This document shows, in pieces, positions 12,987-25,189 of a DNA stretch of 64,000 nt. Under the pieces are notes generated by a model. It made no database searches and was not told where the DNA came from. It saw only the letters and a program-made list of their open reading frames with translations. Origin of the DNA: Escherichia coli (GTDB lineage: Bacteria > Pseudomonadota > Gammaproteobacteria > Enterobacterales > Enterobacteriaceae); the NCBI RefSeq assembly GCF_024502345.1, contig NZ_JALDNN010000001.1, one strand, 5' to 3'. Each line of letters opens with the position of its first letter. Position 1 is the stretch's first letter. The translations under genes and the position numbers were made by a program.

Positions 12987-13991
12987 TTAAAGCGGATCGA
13001 CTTTCAGGCAAGAAACGGCGTGTCTGAAACTCCCCTCCAGAACAGGACGTGTTTTGCCGCACTCCGGACCGGCAATCGGGCAACGGGTACGGAAAACACA
13101 ACCGGAAGGCGGGTTGATCGGCGACGGTAATTCCCCTTCCAGTAACTGGATGGTTTTGTTCTTCTCCAGATCCGGATCAGGTATGGGGACTGCCGACATC
13201 AATGCCCTGGTGTAAGGATGTAGTGGATTGTGGTAGACCTCATCATAAGTCCCCAGTTCTACCGCATGGCCGAGATACATCACCAACACACGATCGGAAA
13301 TGTGTTTTACCACGGCCAGGTCATGAGCGATAAAAATTAATGACAATCCCATCTCACGTTGCAATTGCTGGAGCAGGTTGACCACCTGTGCCTGAATTGA
13401 CACGTCCAGCGCCGACACCGGCTCATCACAGATAATCAGCTTCGGTTCAAGAATAAGAGCACGAGCAATCCCGATACGCTGGCACTGCCCACCAGAGAAC
13501 TCATGCGGATAGCGGTTAATCAGGTTAGGCAATAACCCGACTTTCAGCATCATCGCCTTCACGCGCTCGCGAACTTCCTGGGGTGACATTTTCGGATGAT
13601 AAGTACGCAGTGGTTCAGCGATGATCTCGCCGATGGTCATACGCGGGTTTAGCGATGCCAACGGATCCTGGAAAATCATCTGAATATCACTGCGAACGGC
13701 ACGCCATTCATCGGGCTTCATGCCCAGCAACTCTTTACCTAACCAGGCAACATGACCGTCGGTCGCCTTGACCAAACCGATGATGGCGCGAGCAAAGGTG
13801 GACTTACCGCATCCCGATTCCCCTACCACACCTAATGTTTCCCCTTCATACAGGCGAAGAGTGACACCATCGACGGCTTTGAGCGTTTTCGGCGGTTGCC
13901 AGAACCACTGTTTGCCATCTTTGATTTCAAAGTGCACTTTAAGATCGGCGATTTCAAGGAGGACTTTTCTTCCTTCAGTTACAGCATTCAT
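12987..13991 (-). CDS. oppF: Oligopeptide ABC transporter ATP-binding protein OppF
   Basis: 334 aa, Walker A GESGCGKST, ABC signature LSGGQ. Confidence 0.96.
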   Translation of the reverse strand: MNAVTEGRKVLLEIADLKVHFEIKDGKQWFWQPPKTLKAVDGVTLRLYEGETLGVVGESGCGKSTFARAIIGLVKATDGHVAWLGKELLGMKPDEWRAVRSDIQMIFQDPLASLNPRMTIGEIIAEPLRTYHPKMSPQEVRERVKAMMLKVGLLPNLINRYPHEFSGGQCQRIGIARALILEPKLIICDEPVSALDVSIQAQVVNLLQQLQREMGLSLIFIAHDLAVVKHISDRVLVMYLGHAVELGTYDEVYHNPLHPYTRALMSAVPIPDPDLEKNKTIQLLEGELPSPINPPSGCVFRTRCPIAGPECGKTRPVLEGSFRHAVSCLKVDPL

Positions 13992-15001
13992 AACAGTTCC
14001 TCCACCGGTTTAAAACAAGCACGCAGACGGCCAGGCGTAAACTCTTCCAGCGGCGGTGCGCTACTACAAATTTCCATCGCATGTGGACAACGTGGCTGGA
14101 ACGGGCAACCTTTCGGTAATCGCAGCAAGTTTGGCGGATTACCCGGGATGGTCAACATTGTTTCACCTTCCGCATCAAGACGCGGCACCGCGTTGAGCAA
14201 ACCGATAGAATAAGGATGAACGGGTTGATAAAAGACATCGCGCGCATTGCCATATTCCATCGTGCGCCCGGCGTACATTACCAGCACTTTGTCACAGATC
14301 CCCGCCACCACGCCAAGATCGTGGGTGATCATAATGATGGCAGTATTAAATTCCCGCTTCAGTTCATTCAATAGCGTCATGATCTGCGCCTGTACGGTGA
14401 CGTCCAGCGCAGTAGTGGGTTCATCCGCAATCAGCAGCTTAGGTCGACATAGCAATGCCATCGCAATCATGACTCGCTGACGCATGCCGCCAGAAAATTC
14501 GTGCGGGTACATTTTCATGCGTTTACGTGCTTCCGGCATTTTTACCGCATCGAGCATCCGCACCGACTCTTCAAACGCCTCAGCTTTGCTCATGTTCTTA
14601 TGCAGCATCAGCACTTCCATCAACTGCTCACCGACGCGCATATAGGGATTCAACGAAGTCATTGGGTCCTGAAAAATCATTGAGATTTGTTCAGCGCGCA
14701 GTTTATTGAGTTCACGCTCTGGCAAATTGAGGATTTCACGCCCATTGAAGGTTGCCGATCCGCCAATACGTCCGTTGGCAGCCAACAGGCCCATCAACGC
14801 AAATGCAGTTTGCGATTTACCCGAACCAGACTCACCTACAATACCCAGCGTTTCTCCGGCACGTAGGGAAAAATTCAAATCATTGACCGCCGTGACGTCG
14901 CCGTCCGGGGTACTAAAGGTGACACGCAAATCTTTCACGTTCAGCAGTGCGTCAGCCTGTTGTTGTGCGAGCGGCACAGTTGCAGTTTCAATTACGCTCA
15001 T
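13988..15001 (-). CDS. oppD: Oligopeptide ABC transporter ATP-binding protein OppD
   Basis: 337 aa, Walker A GESGSGKSQ; 4-nt overlap with oppF. Confidence 0.96.
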   Translation of the reverse strand: MSVIETATVPLAQQQADALLNVKDLRVTFSTPDGDVTAVNDLNFSLRAGETLGIVGESGSGKSQTAFALMGLLAANGRIGGSATFNGREILNLPERELNKLRAEQISMIFQDPMTSLNPYMRVGEQLMEVLMLHKNMSKAEAFEESVRMLDAVKMPEARKRMKMYPHEFSGGMRQRVMIAMALLCRPKLLIADEPTTALDVTVQAQIMTLLNELKREFNTAIIMITHDLGVVAGICDKVLVMYAGRTMEYGNARDVFYQPVHPYSIGLLNAVPRLDAEGETMLTIPGNPPNLLRLPKGCPFQPRCPHAMEICSSAPPLEEFTPGRLRACFKPVEELL

Positions 15002-15012
15002 GGCTGCACTCC

Positions 15013-15921
15013 TTAACGATCTTTCGGGTCGAGGGCATCACGCAAGCCATCGCCGATAAAGTTGAAACAAAACAGCGTCACCACGAGGAATCCCGCTGGG
15101 AACAACAATAACCATGGAGAGACTTCCATCGAGTTCGCGCCATCACTCAGTAATGCACCCCAGCTGCTTAACGGCTCTTGCGTACCCAACCCCAGGAAGC
15201 TAAGGAAAGATTCAAAGAGGATCATGCTGGGCACCAGAAGTGATGCGTAGACCACCACCACACCGAGTACATTCGGCACAATGTGGCGAATAACAATGCC
15301 CGATGTCGATACACCGCCAACTTGTGCCGCCTCAATAAACTCTTTGCGCTTCAGACTCAGGGTTTGCCCACGCACAATACGAGCCATATCCAGCCAGGAA
15401 ACCATGCCTATCGCCACGAAAATCAGCAGGATGTTTTGACCGAAAAAGGTCACCAGCAAAATGACGAAGAACATGAATGGGAAGGAGTTGAGGATTTCCA
15501 GCAGACGCATCATTACCGAATCCACTTTACCGCCCAGATAACCGGAAAGCGAACCGTAAAGTGTCCCCACGACCACTGCCACCAGTGCCGCAGCAACACC
15601 GACCATGAGTGAGATACGCCCGCCAATCGCAACGCGCACAAGCAGGTCGCGACCGGATGAGTCAGTACCAAAGTAGTGACCGGACTCCATATCCGGGGCG
15701 CTGGACATCATCGCCCAGTCAGTATCGTCATAGGCAAACTGGGAAAGCATCGGTGCCAGGATTACAAATAACGCGATCAGCACCAGCACTATCAGACTGG
15801 CAACCGCCGCACGGTTATGCATAAAACGTCGACGTGCGTCCTGCCACAAGCTGCGCCCTTCGACCTCCAGCTTTTCACTGAAATTTTCCAGCGTCTCGCT
15901 GTTTTTCTTACTTAACATCAT
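15013..15921 (-). CDS. oppC: Oligopeptide ABC transporter permease OppC
   Basis: 302 aa polytopic permease. Confidence 0.96.
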   Translation of the reverse strand: MMLSKKNSETLENFSEKLEVEGRSLWQDARRRFMHNRAAVASLIVLVLIALFVILAPMLSQFAYDDTDWAMMSSAPDMESGHYFGTDSSGRDLLVRVAIGGRISLMVGVAAALVAVVVGTLYGSLSGYLGGKVDSVMMRLLEILNSFPFMFFVILLVTFFGQNILLIFVAIGMVSWLDMARIVRGQTLSLKRKEFIEAAQVGGVSTSGIVIRHIVPNVLGVVVVYASLLVPSMILFESFLSFLGLGTQEPLSSWGALLSDGANSMEVSPWLLLFPAGFLVVTLFCFNFIGDGLRDALDPKDR

Positions 15922-15935
15922 CGCGAGCTCCAGTA

Positions 15936-16856
15936 TCAGTAACGGATTTTCGGGTCGATAACCGCATATAGCACATCGACAATGGCATTAAACAAAATGG
16001 TTAAAGCACCAACCAGGATGGTCAGGCTTAACACTAAGGAATAGTCACGGTTCAATGCGCCATTAACGAACAGTTGTCCAATCCCCGGCAAACCATAAAT
16101 GGTTTCGATAACTATAGAACCGGTAATAATGCCGACAAATGCGGGGCCCATATAAGAGAGCACGGGTAACAGAGCAGGTTTTAATGCGTGACGTAAAATG
16201 ATCCGCCGCATAGGTAACCCTTTCGCCCGGGCAGTACGAATAAAATTGGAGTGTAATACTTCAATCATAGAGCCACGGGTAATACGCGCAATACTGGCGA
16301 TATAAGCGAGTGACAACGCCACCATCGGCAATATCATGAATTTAAGCGCCCCACCATTCCAGCCACCGCCCGGCAGCCAATGCAAAATGATCGCAAATAT
16401 CATGACTAATAATGGTGCAACCACAAAACTGGGGATAACAACCCCGGTCATTGCCAGCCCCATCACGGTATAGTCCCATTTGGTGTTTTGTTTTAATGCG
16501 GCAATAACGCCAGCACTAACACCCAGTATTACCGCAAGGAAAAATGCTGCGGCTCCCAGTTTGGCAGAAACGGGAAAACTGGATGCAACCAAGTCATTGA
16601 CCGAATAATCTTTATATTTAAACGATGGACCGAAATCACCGTGCGCCAGTTGTTTCAGGTAGCTGAAATACTGTGTCATGATCGGATCATTAAGATGATA
16701 TTTCGCTTCGATATTGGCCATCACTTCTGGCGGTAAAGTACGTTCGCCGGTAAAAGGGCTTCCCGGCGCGAGGCGCATCATAAAGAACGAAATAGTAATA
16801 AGAATAAATAGCGTCGGAATCGCTTCCAGACAGCGACGTAGAATAAATTTTAACAT
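15936..16856 (-). CDS. oppB: Oligopeptide ABC transporter permease OppB
   Basis: 306 aa polytopic permease. Confidence 0.96.
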   Translation of the reverse strand: MLKFILRRCLEAIPTLFILITISFFMMRLAPGSPFTGERTLPPEVMANIEAKYHLNDPIMTQYFSYLKQLAHGDFGPSFKYKDYSVNDLVASSFPVSAKLGAAAFFLAVILGVSAGVIAALKQNTKWDYTVMGLAMTGVVIPSFVVAPLLVMIFAIILHWLPGGGWNGGALKFMILPMVALSLAYIASIARITRGSMIEVLHSNFIRTARAKGLPMRRIILRHALKPALLPVLSYMGPAFVGIITGSIVIETIYGLPGIGQLFVNGALNRDYSLVLSLTILVGALTILFNAIVDVLYAVIDPKIRY

Positions 16857-16941
16857 TGCCCTACCTTCTGGCCTGTGCCTTCTGTAATGCGATAAAAATC
16901 AGACACCGTGGAGCAGGACACTCCTGCCCCACGTATTGCCA

Positions 16942-18573
16942 TTAGTGCTTCACAATGTACATATTCCGGGTATAGGTATTATCCAGCGGATCTTTGCCGG
17001 TATAGCCACCAACCCACGGTTTCACCAGACGCGCATTCACGTAGTAATAAACAGGAACAATGGCCGAATCCTTATCCAGCTGTTGTTCTGCTTTAGTGTA
17101 CAGAGCTGTGCGCTGCGCCTCGTCAGTCACTTTCAGCGTTTCCGCCATAATGCTGTCAAAGACCGGGCTCTTATAATGCGCGGTATTCATCGAGCTGTTC
17201 GAAAGCATGGTGTTCAGGAAGGAAGTTGGTTCGTTGTAGTCAGCACACCAGCCTGCACGGGCCACATCAAAAGTACCCTGGTGACGGGTGTCGAGGAACG
17301 TTTTCCACTCCTGGTTAACCAGTTTGACGTTTACACCAATGTTTTTCTTCCACAATGAAGAGGCAGCAATCGCCAGCTTTTTATGCAGATCGGAGGTGTT
17401 ATACAACAGGTTGATGGTCAACGGTTTGTCTGCGGTATAACCCGCTTCAGCCAGCAGTTTTTTCGCTTCTTCGTTACGTTTTTCCTGGCTCCAGCCAAAC
17501 CATTCCGGCTGAGTCAATTTTGCGCCATCAGTATACGGTGGAGTGTAACCATAGGCGGGCATGTCGCCCTGCGCTTTCACTTTATTAACAATGATATCGC
17601 GGTCCATACCTAGTTTCAGTGCAGTACGCACACGCACATCGTTGAATGGCGGTTTCTGGTTGTTAATTTCGTAATAGTAAGTGCACAGGTATGGATCAAC
17701 GTGAACTTCGTCCGGGATCTCTTTTTTCAGCTTCTGGAACAATTCGATCGGCATGTTGTTATAAGTCATGTCGATTTCACCACTACGGTAGCGGTTGACA
17801 TCGGTAACTTCAGAAGCAATAGGCAAATAGGTTACCTGGTTAATAACGGTTTTCGCGTTGTTCCAGTAGGTCGGGCTGCGTTCAAGAACGATTCGTTCGT
17901 TTACGACCCAATCTTTTAAGGTATAGGCACCGTTGGTGACGATATTACCAGGCTGGGTCCATTTTTCGCCGAATTTCTCGATAGCGGCTTTTGGCACCGG
18001 TGAAGTTGATGGGTGAACAAGTAATTTATAGAAGTACGGAACGGGTTCACTTAAGGTGACTTCTAATGTGTGATCATCAATAGCTTTCACGCCGAGATCG
18101 GTAATCGGTTTTTTCCCTTCAAGAATTTCATCAATACCGGCGATATGCCCATATTGCAGATAACTGGCATACGGAGAAGCAGTGTTCGGATCAACAGAAC
18201 GTTGCCAGCTATACACAAAGTCTTGTGCTGTGACTGGCGTGCCATCAGACCATTTCGCATCTTTACGCAAATGGAAGGTCCAGACTTTCGCGTCTTTATT
18301 ATCCCAGGATTCAGCGACGCCAGGTGCTGGATGACCGTCAAGATCGCTGACCAGTAAGCCTTCAAACAGGTCTCGGCTGATATTAGACTCCGGAACACCT
18401 TCAATTTTGTGCGGATCTAATGACTGAACTTCTGAACCATTGTTACGTACCAGTGTTTGTTTTTCCGCCAGTGTGACGCCTGCGGGTACATCAGCTGCCA
18501 GCGCGACATTCCCTGCCATTAGCGCAGCCAGAACGCCAGCTGCTACTAAACTTCTCTTGGTGATGTTGGTCAT
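16942..18573 (-). CDS. oppA: Periplasmic oligopeptide-binding protein OppA
   Basis: 543 aa from MTNITKRSLVAAGVLAALMAGNVALA (signal peptide), GGAG RBS; ORF track 5' end 18645 is a 24-codon extension. Confidence 0.96.
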   Translation of the reverse strand: MTNITKRSLVAAGVLAALMAGNVALAADVPAGVTLAEKQTLVRNNGSEVQSLDPHKIEGVPESNISRDLFEGLLVSDLDGHPAPGVAESWDNKDAKVWTFHLRKDAKWSDGTPVTAQDFVYSWQRSVDPNTASPYASYLQYGHIAGIDEILEGKKPITDLGVKAIDDHTLEVTLSEPVPYFYKLLVHPSTSPVPKAAIEKFGEKWTQPGNIVTNGAYTLKDWVVNERIVLERSPTYWNNAKTVINQVTYLPIASEVTDVNRYRSGEIDMTYNNMPIELFQKLKKEIPDEVHVDPYLCTYYYEINNQKPPFNDVRVRTALKLGMDRDIIVNKVKAQGDMPAYGYTPPYTDGAKLTQPEWFGWSQEKRNEEAKKLLAEAGYTADKPLTINLLYNTSDLHKKLAIAASSLWKKNIGVNVKLVNQEWKTFLDTRHQGTFDVARAGWCADYNEPTSFLNTMLSNSSMNTAHYKSPVFDSIMAETLKVTDEAQRTALYTKAEQQLDKDSAIVPVYYYVNARLVKPWVGGYTGKDPLDNTYTRNMYIVKH

Positions 18574-19310
18574 TGTTTTTTGGACTCCCTCATTATAATT
18601 ACTGGTATTAACCAGCATGTGTAATCCCGGATTGGGACCCTGCACAGGCTCGGAGACTTTCTGCTGTCAGGTTACTTTATCGTTACGTATTACTATCACC
18701 GACTTTATTTATTCTGGTGATTCAGACGATCACCTTATGTCGATTCGTACTGTGTCTCCCCTGTCGAGACACATTATTCTTTCGCGACGCTCTTTAATTG
18801 TTAATTATTCTCATTACCAATAAAGAATCGTCTGGCGGTTGCCCGGAAAGTACCAAATGCGGTTCTTACTCGCCAATACATTTTGCAAAATTGTTAAGCA
18901 ATTCTCTTTTATTGACCGTATCAGAATCTATAGCTTGCATCCATGCCTTAACAAACATCTTTCAATTCAATCAAATAGAGATTGGCTAAGCATGTCTATC
19001 TTTTCTGATTACAGTTCCAGTAGTGAAATGCACAATAATTTAACAATTGATTATTATTTAGCACTTTCCTCTACCAAAGGCAGTGGAATTACTAATATCA
19101 TTTCAATTATTCTTCAGCAAGCCCAGGATTATGATGTGGCGAAAATAACATGATGGTGAGGAGAAGCAGTTAAGTAAATCCTTATAACTAACTGTAATTT
19201 GAGAAGAATATTTTTACCTATTCCTTTTGCTTTTGATAACTGCGCGGGAACAAAGTAAAAATAATGACGAAGTAAACGGAGCATGGCAGCTCCGTTTCAT
19301 TTGAAAGGAA

Positions 19311-19958
19311 TTAATTAAGCAGGCCGGGGAAAATCCCCTTAATACCAGTAACGATAAATTCAATCCCCAATGCCATCAGCAATAGCCCCATAATACGCGT
19401 AATCACGTTGATGCCGGTCTGGCGTAAAACCCGTACCAGCCACGGTGCCATGCGGAACAATCCCCAACAACATAAAGCGAACAATGCAATAGCCACAAAG
19501 AAACCAAACAGATAGCTAATGCTGTGATAACGCGTACCCCAGACGATGGTAGAACTGATCGCCCCTGGCCCCGCCATCAACGGCAACGCCAGTGGCACCA
19601 CACCAATGCTTTCACGTACCGCGGTTTCTGATTTTTCTTGCTTGTTCTGTTTATCCTCTCCAAGCTTGCCGCTGATCATCGACATCGCTATCGTCACCAC
19701 CAGGATGCCCCCGGCGATACGGAACGAATCAATTGATATACCAAAAAGTTGTAGAATCGTGTCGCCGAGAAAAAGCGAGATCCACAAGATAATGGCCACA
19801 GACAGGTTGGCTGTAAGGTTAGTTTTGTTTCGCGCTGCCGCTGTCTGATAACTGGTCATGCTGATAAAGACGGGAATAATCCCTACCGGGTTGACCAGCG
19901 CAAATAACCCGATGAAAAATTTGAAGTAAACGGGAAAATCAAAAAGGGTCTGAATCAC
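19311..19958 (-). CDS. ychE: MarC-family inner membrane protein YchE
   Basis: 215 aa hydrophobic ORF. Confidence 0.9.
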   Translation of the reverse strand: MIQTLFDFPVYFKFFIGLFALVNPVGIIPVFISMTSYQTAAARNKTNLTANLSVAIILWISLFLGDTILQLFGISIDSFRIAGGILVVTIAMSMISGKLGEDKQNKQEKSETAVRESIGVVPLALPLMAGPGAISSTIVWGTRYHSISYLFGFFVAIALFALCCWGLFRMAPWLVRVLRQTGINVITRIMGLLLMALGIEFIVTGIKGIFPGLLN

Positions 19959-20434
19959 GGTTAGCTCCGAAGCAAAAGCCGGATAATGTTAGCCATAAAT
20001 AAGGTTGAAAAGACGCGCTGACAATACGCCTTTTGACAGCATTTTTCACCTCCTAACTACTTAAAATTGCTATCATTCGTTATTGTTATCTAGTTGTGCA
20101 AAACATGCTAATGTAGCCACCAAATCATACTACAATTTATTAACTGTTAGCTATAATGGCGAAAAGCGATGCTGAAAGGTGTCAGCTTTGCAAAAATTTG
20201 ATTTGGATCACGTAATCAGTACCCAGAAGTGAGTAATCTTGCTTACGCCACCTGGAAGTGACGCATTAGAGATAATAACTCTAATGTTTAAACTCTTTTA
20301 GTAAATCACAGTGAGTGTGAGCGCGAGTAAGCTTTTGATTTTCATCGGTTAAGCAAATCATCACCGCACTGACTATACTCTCGTATTCGAGCAGATGATT
20401 TACTAAAAAAGTTTAACATTATCAGGAGAGCATT

Positions 20435-23110
20435 ATGGCTGTTACTAATGTCGCTGAACTTAACGCACTCGTAGAGCGTGTAAAAAAAGCCCAGCGTGAA
20501 TATGCCAGTTTCACTCAAGAGCAAGTAGACAAAATCTTCCGCGCCGCCGCTCTGGCTGCTGCAGATGCTCGAATCCCACTCGCGAAAATGGCCGTTGCCG
20601 AATCCGGCATGGGTATCGTCGAAGATAAAGTGATCAAAAACCACTTTGCTTCTGAATATATCTACAACGCCTATAAAGATGAAAAAACCTGTGGTGTTCT
20701 GTCTGAAGACGACACTTTTGGTACCATCACTATCGCTGAACCAATCGGTATTATTTGCGGTATCGTTCCGACCACTAACCCGACTTCAACTGCTATCTTC
20801 AAATCGCTGATCAGTCTGAAGACCCGTAACGCCATTATCTTCTCCCCGCACCCGCGTGCAAAAGATGCCACCAACAAAGCGGCTGATATCGTTCTGCAGG
20901 CTGCTATCGCTGCCGGTGCTCCGAAAGATCTGATCGGCTGGATCGATCAACCTTCTGTTGAACTGTCTAACGCACTGATGCACCACCCAGACATCAACCT
21001 GATCCTCGCGACTGGTGGTCCGGGTATGGTTAAAGCCGCATACAGCTCCGGTAAACCAGCTATCGGCGTAGGCGCGGGTAACACTCCGGTTGTTATCGAT
21101 GAAACTGCTGATATCAAACGTGCAGTTGCATCTGTACTGATGTCCAAAACCTTCGACAACGGCGTAATCTGTGCTTCTGAACAGTCTGTTGTTGTTGTTG
21201 ACTCTGTTTATGACGCAGTACGTGAACGTTTCGCAACCCACGGCGGCTATCTGTTGCAGGGTAAAGAGCTGAAAGCTGTTCAGGACGTTATCCTGAAAAA
21301 CGGTGCGCTGAACGCGGCTATCGTTGGTCAGCCAGCCTATAAAATTGCTGAACTGGCAGGCTTCTCTGTACCAGAAAACACCAAGATTCTGATCGGTGAA
21401 GTGACCGTTGTTGATGAAAGCGAACCGTTCGCACATGAAAAACTGTCCCCGACTCTGGCAATGTACCGCGCTAAAGATTTCGAAGACGCGGTAGAAAAAG
21501 CAGAGAAACTGGTTGCTATGGGTGGTATCGGTCATACCTCTTGCCTGTACACTGACCAGGATAACCAACCGGCTCGCGTTTCTTACTTCGGTCAGAAAAT
21601 GAAAACGGCTCGTATCCTGATTAACACCCCGGCTTCTCAGGGTGGTATCGGTGACCTGTATAACTTCAAACTCGCACCTTCCCTGACTCTGGGTTGTGGT
21701 TCCTGGGGTGGTAACTCCATCTCTGAAAACGTTGGTCCGAAACACCTGATCAACAAGAAAACCGTTGCTAAGCGAGCTGAAAACATGTTGTGGCACAAAC
21801 TTCCGAAATCTATCTACTTCCGCCGTGGCTCCCTGCCAATCGCGCTGGATGAAGTGATTACTGATGGCCACAAACGTGCGCTCATCGTGACTGACCGCTT
21901 CCTGTTCAACAATGGTTATGCTGATCAGATCACTTCCGTACTGAAAGCAGCAGGCGTTGAAACTGAAGTCTTCTTCGAAGTAGAAGCGGACCCGACCCTG
22001 AGCATCGTTCGTAAAGGTGCAGAACTGGCAAACTCCTTCAAACCAGACGTGATTATCGCGCTGGGTGGTGGTTCCCCGATGGACGCCGCGAAGATCATGT
22101 GGGTTATGTACGAACATCCGGAAACTCACTTCGAAGAGCTGGCGCTGCGCTTTATGGATATCCGTAAACGTATCTACAAGTTCCCGAAAATGGGCGTGAA
22201 AGCGAAAATGATCGCTGTCACCACCACTTCTGGTACAGGTTCTGAAGTCACTCCGTTTGCGGTTGTAACTGACGACGCTACTGGTCAGAAATACCCGCTG
22301 GCGGACTATGCGCTGACCCCGGATATGGCGATTGTCGACGCCAACCTGGTTATGGACATGCCGAAGTCCCTGTGTGCTTTCGGTGGTCTGGACGCAGTAA
22401 CTCACGCCATGGAAGCTTATGTTTCTGTACTGGCATCTGAGTTCTCTGATGGTCAGGCTCTGCAGGCACTGAAACTGCTGAAAGAATATCTGCCAGCGTC
22501 CTACCACGAAGGGTCTAAAAATCCGGTAGCGCGTGAACGTGTTCACAGTGCAGCGACTATCGCGGGTATCGCGTTTGCGAACGCCTTCCTGGGTGTATGT
22601 CACTCAATGGCGCACAAACTGGGTTCCCAGTTCCATATTCCGCACGGTCTGGCAAACGCCCTGCTGATTTGTAACGTTATTCGCTACAATGCGAACGACA
22701 ACCCGACCAAGCAGACTGCATTCAGCCAGTATGACCGTCCGCAGGCTCGCCGTCGTTATGCTGAAATTGCCGACCACCTGGGTCTGAGCGCACCGGGCGA
22801 CCGTACTGCTGCTAAGATCGAGAAACTGCTGGCATGGCTGGAAACGCTGAAGGCTGAACTGGGTATTCCGAAATCTATCCGTGAAGCTGGCGTTCAGGAA
22901 GCAGACTTCCTGGCGAACGTGGATAAACTGTCTGAAGATGCATTCGATGACCAGTGCACCGGCGCTAACCCGCGTTACCCGCTGATCTCCGAGCTGAAAC
23001 AGATTCTGCTGGATACCTACTACGGTCGTGATTATGTAGAAGGTGAAACTGCAGCGAAAAAAGAAGCCGCTCCGGCTAAAGCTGAGAAAAAAGCGAAAAA
23101 ATCCGCTTAA
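20435..23110 (+). CDS. adhE: Bifunctional aldehyde/alcohol dehydrogenase AdhE
   Basis: 891 aa, N-terminal ALDH domain and C-terminal iron-containing ADH domain; AGGAG RBS; long 5' untranslated region upstream. Confidence 0.98.
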
Positions 23111-23133
23111 TCAGTAGCGCTGTCTGGCAATAT

Positions 23134-23162
23134 AAACGGCCCCTTCTGGGGCCGTTTTTTTG
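23134..23162 (+). terminator. Intrinsic terminator after adhE
   Basis: AAACGGCCCC-TTCT-GGGGCCGTTTTTTTT. Confidence 0.9.
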
Positions 23163-23411
23163 TTTACCCAAAGCAACTTTTCCATAAACCGACAGCATTA
23201 GCCTTCATCATATTTGCGACGATGTATAACGCCTAAACACAGGGATATTGTACTTTACAGGTCACAAGTCAACGTCGGTGCTTAAGAGCCCTGTGAGGCG
23301 TATAGCGGCGTTAAAAAACTGCCGAGAAGGGTATATAGCCCGGAAGAAGTGCGTAAAACGAACTGACAGGATAAAAGTGCCCTGCTCACCCTGTCAGTAA
23401 AGAAATTCTTA

Positions 23412-24029
23412 TTAATCGTGGCGATGCCTTTCCTGAATAGCCGTTAATGAGCCGACTTGTAACGCCTCTTTATAGTGTTTACGGCATACAGAAACGTATC
23501 GTTCATTACCACCAATTACCACCTGCTCACCTTCGTTATAAGGTCTGCCTGCTTGATCAAGACGCAGCACCATGCTTGCTTTACGGCCACAAAAACAGAT
23601 GGTTTTTAATTCAACCAGTTTGTCGGACCATGCCAGTAAGTATTGGCTGCCAATAAATAATTCACCTCGAAAATCGGTACGTAAACCATAACAAAGTACG
23701 GGTATATCGAGTTGATCGACAACCTCCGATAATTCATATACTTGTTGTCTGGTTAAAAACTGGCATTCATCAACCAGTACGCAATGAATTGCCTGCTGTT
23801 CATGTTCCGCACGAATCTCATCAAATAATGATGAATTTTGGTTAAATAATTTTGCAGGCGATGACAAACCTATACGCGAACTGACTTTCCCGGCACCAAA
23901 GCGATCATCAATTTCTGCCGTATATACGACAGTGCGCATGCCGCGTTCCTGGTAATTGTATGAAGATTGCAACAATGCTGTAGACTTACCCGCATTCATT
24001 GCGGAATAGTAGAAATATAGCTGTGCCAT
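23412..24029 (-). CDS. tdk: Thymidine kinase
   Basis: 205 aa, P-loop AMNAGKST. Confidence 0.95.
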   Translation of the reverse strand: MAQLYFYYSAMNAGKSTALLQSSYNYQERGMRTVVYTAEIDDRFGAGKVSSRIGLSSPAKLFNQNSSLFDEIRAEHEQQAIHCVLVDECQFLTRQQVYELSEVVDQLDIPVLCYGLRTDFRGELFIGSQYLLAWSDKLVELKTICFCGRKASMVLRLDQAGRPYNEGEQVVIGGNERYVSVCRKHYKEALQVGSLTAIQERHRHD

Positions 24030-24632
24030 CAGCCACAGGCCCTCAATGATATGAAATAAAGTTGGCTGGAGTTTATCATAATTCGTCAGTTTTTCAGCTC
24101 AACAGTATGCACAGAAGTGGTATATGCGTTCTCCCTTACGAAGCCTTGCATAATCCTTCTGAGCTATCATTACAACTGCCTCGCTTGTTATAAGCGGGTA
24201 AATGACAGCTGGTAACTATTCACAATCTTTAACCTGTTGCGCAAGTAATAGCCCTCTGTTGACCTCCAGGAGATAGTGCAATACTAAGTCCCTGCTCTTA
24301 TTGCGACTGTTCTACTTTTCATCATTCGCTTAATAGGGAATTCTCGTAAACACGACTAATACAGAAGACTGAAAGGTCGTCAGCTTACGATAATCTCCCC
24401 ATAAAATGTGACATGAATCAGGAAGTTTTAACCTCACGAGCTGCGAAATCATCGGTACAAATAGGGCTATATGCCGCGTCTTTTCTGGCTAATTTTATGA
24501 AAAGATATTTATTGGCGGCACAAAATAAAGAACAATTTTGAATTCCTTACATTCCTGGCTATTGCACAACTGAATTTAAGGCTCTATTATTACCTCAACA
24601 AACCACCCCAATATAAGTTTGAGATTACTACA

Positions 24633-25046
24633 ATGAGCGAAGCACTTAAAATTCTGAACAACATCCGTACTCTTCGTGCGCAGGCAAGAGAATGTACACT
24701 TGAAACGCTGGAAGAAATGCTGGAAAAATTAGAAGTTGTTGTTAACGAACGTCGCGAAGAAGAAAGCGCGGCTGCTGCTGAAGTTGAAGAGCGCACTCGT
24801 AAACTGCAGCAATATCGTGAAATGCTGATCGCTGACGGTATTGACCCGAACGAACTGCTGAATAGCCTTGCCGCCGTTAAATCTGGCACCAAAGCTAAAC
24901 GTGCTCAGCGTCCGGCAAAATATAGCTACGTTGACGAAAACGGCGAAACTAAAACCTGGACTGGTCAGGGCCGTACTCCAGCTGTAATCAAAAAAGCAAT
25001 GGATGAGCAAGGTAAATCCCTCGACGATTTCCTGATCAAGCAATAA
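24633..25046 (+). CDS. hns: Nucleoid-associated protein H-NS
   Basis: 137 aa [20 protein letters not shown]... ending ...DDFLIKQ. Confidence 0.98.
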
Positions 25047-25070
25047 TCTTTTGTAGATTGCACTTGCTTA

Positions 25071-25098
25071 AAATCCCGCCATCGGCGGGATTTTTTAT
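25071..25098 (+). terminator. Intrinsic terminator after hns
   Basis: AAAATCCCGCC-ATCG-GCGGGATTTTTT. Confidence 0.9.
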
Positions 25099-25133
25099 TG
25101 TCCGGTTTAAGACAATTTAATAAGAATAAGCTA

Positions 25134-25167
25134 TAAAAAAACGGCGTCGATTGCTCAACGCCGTTTC
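25134..25167 (-). terminator. Intrinsic terminator after galU
   Basis: On minus strand AACGGCGTTGAGCAATCGACGCCGTT followed by T6. Confidence 0.8.
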
Positions 25168-25189
25168 GTGGATAACACCGATACGGATG

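Noticed and set aside
20786..22603. 605-aa ORF on the minus strand inside adhE
   Set aside because: Lies entirely antisense to the highly conserved adhE coding sequence; the translation is low-complexity and Arg/Thr/Phe-rich with no recognisable domain. Typical stop-poor antisense frame of a strongly codon-biased gene.
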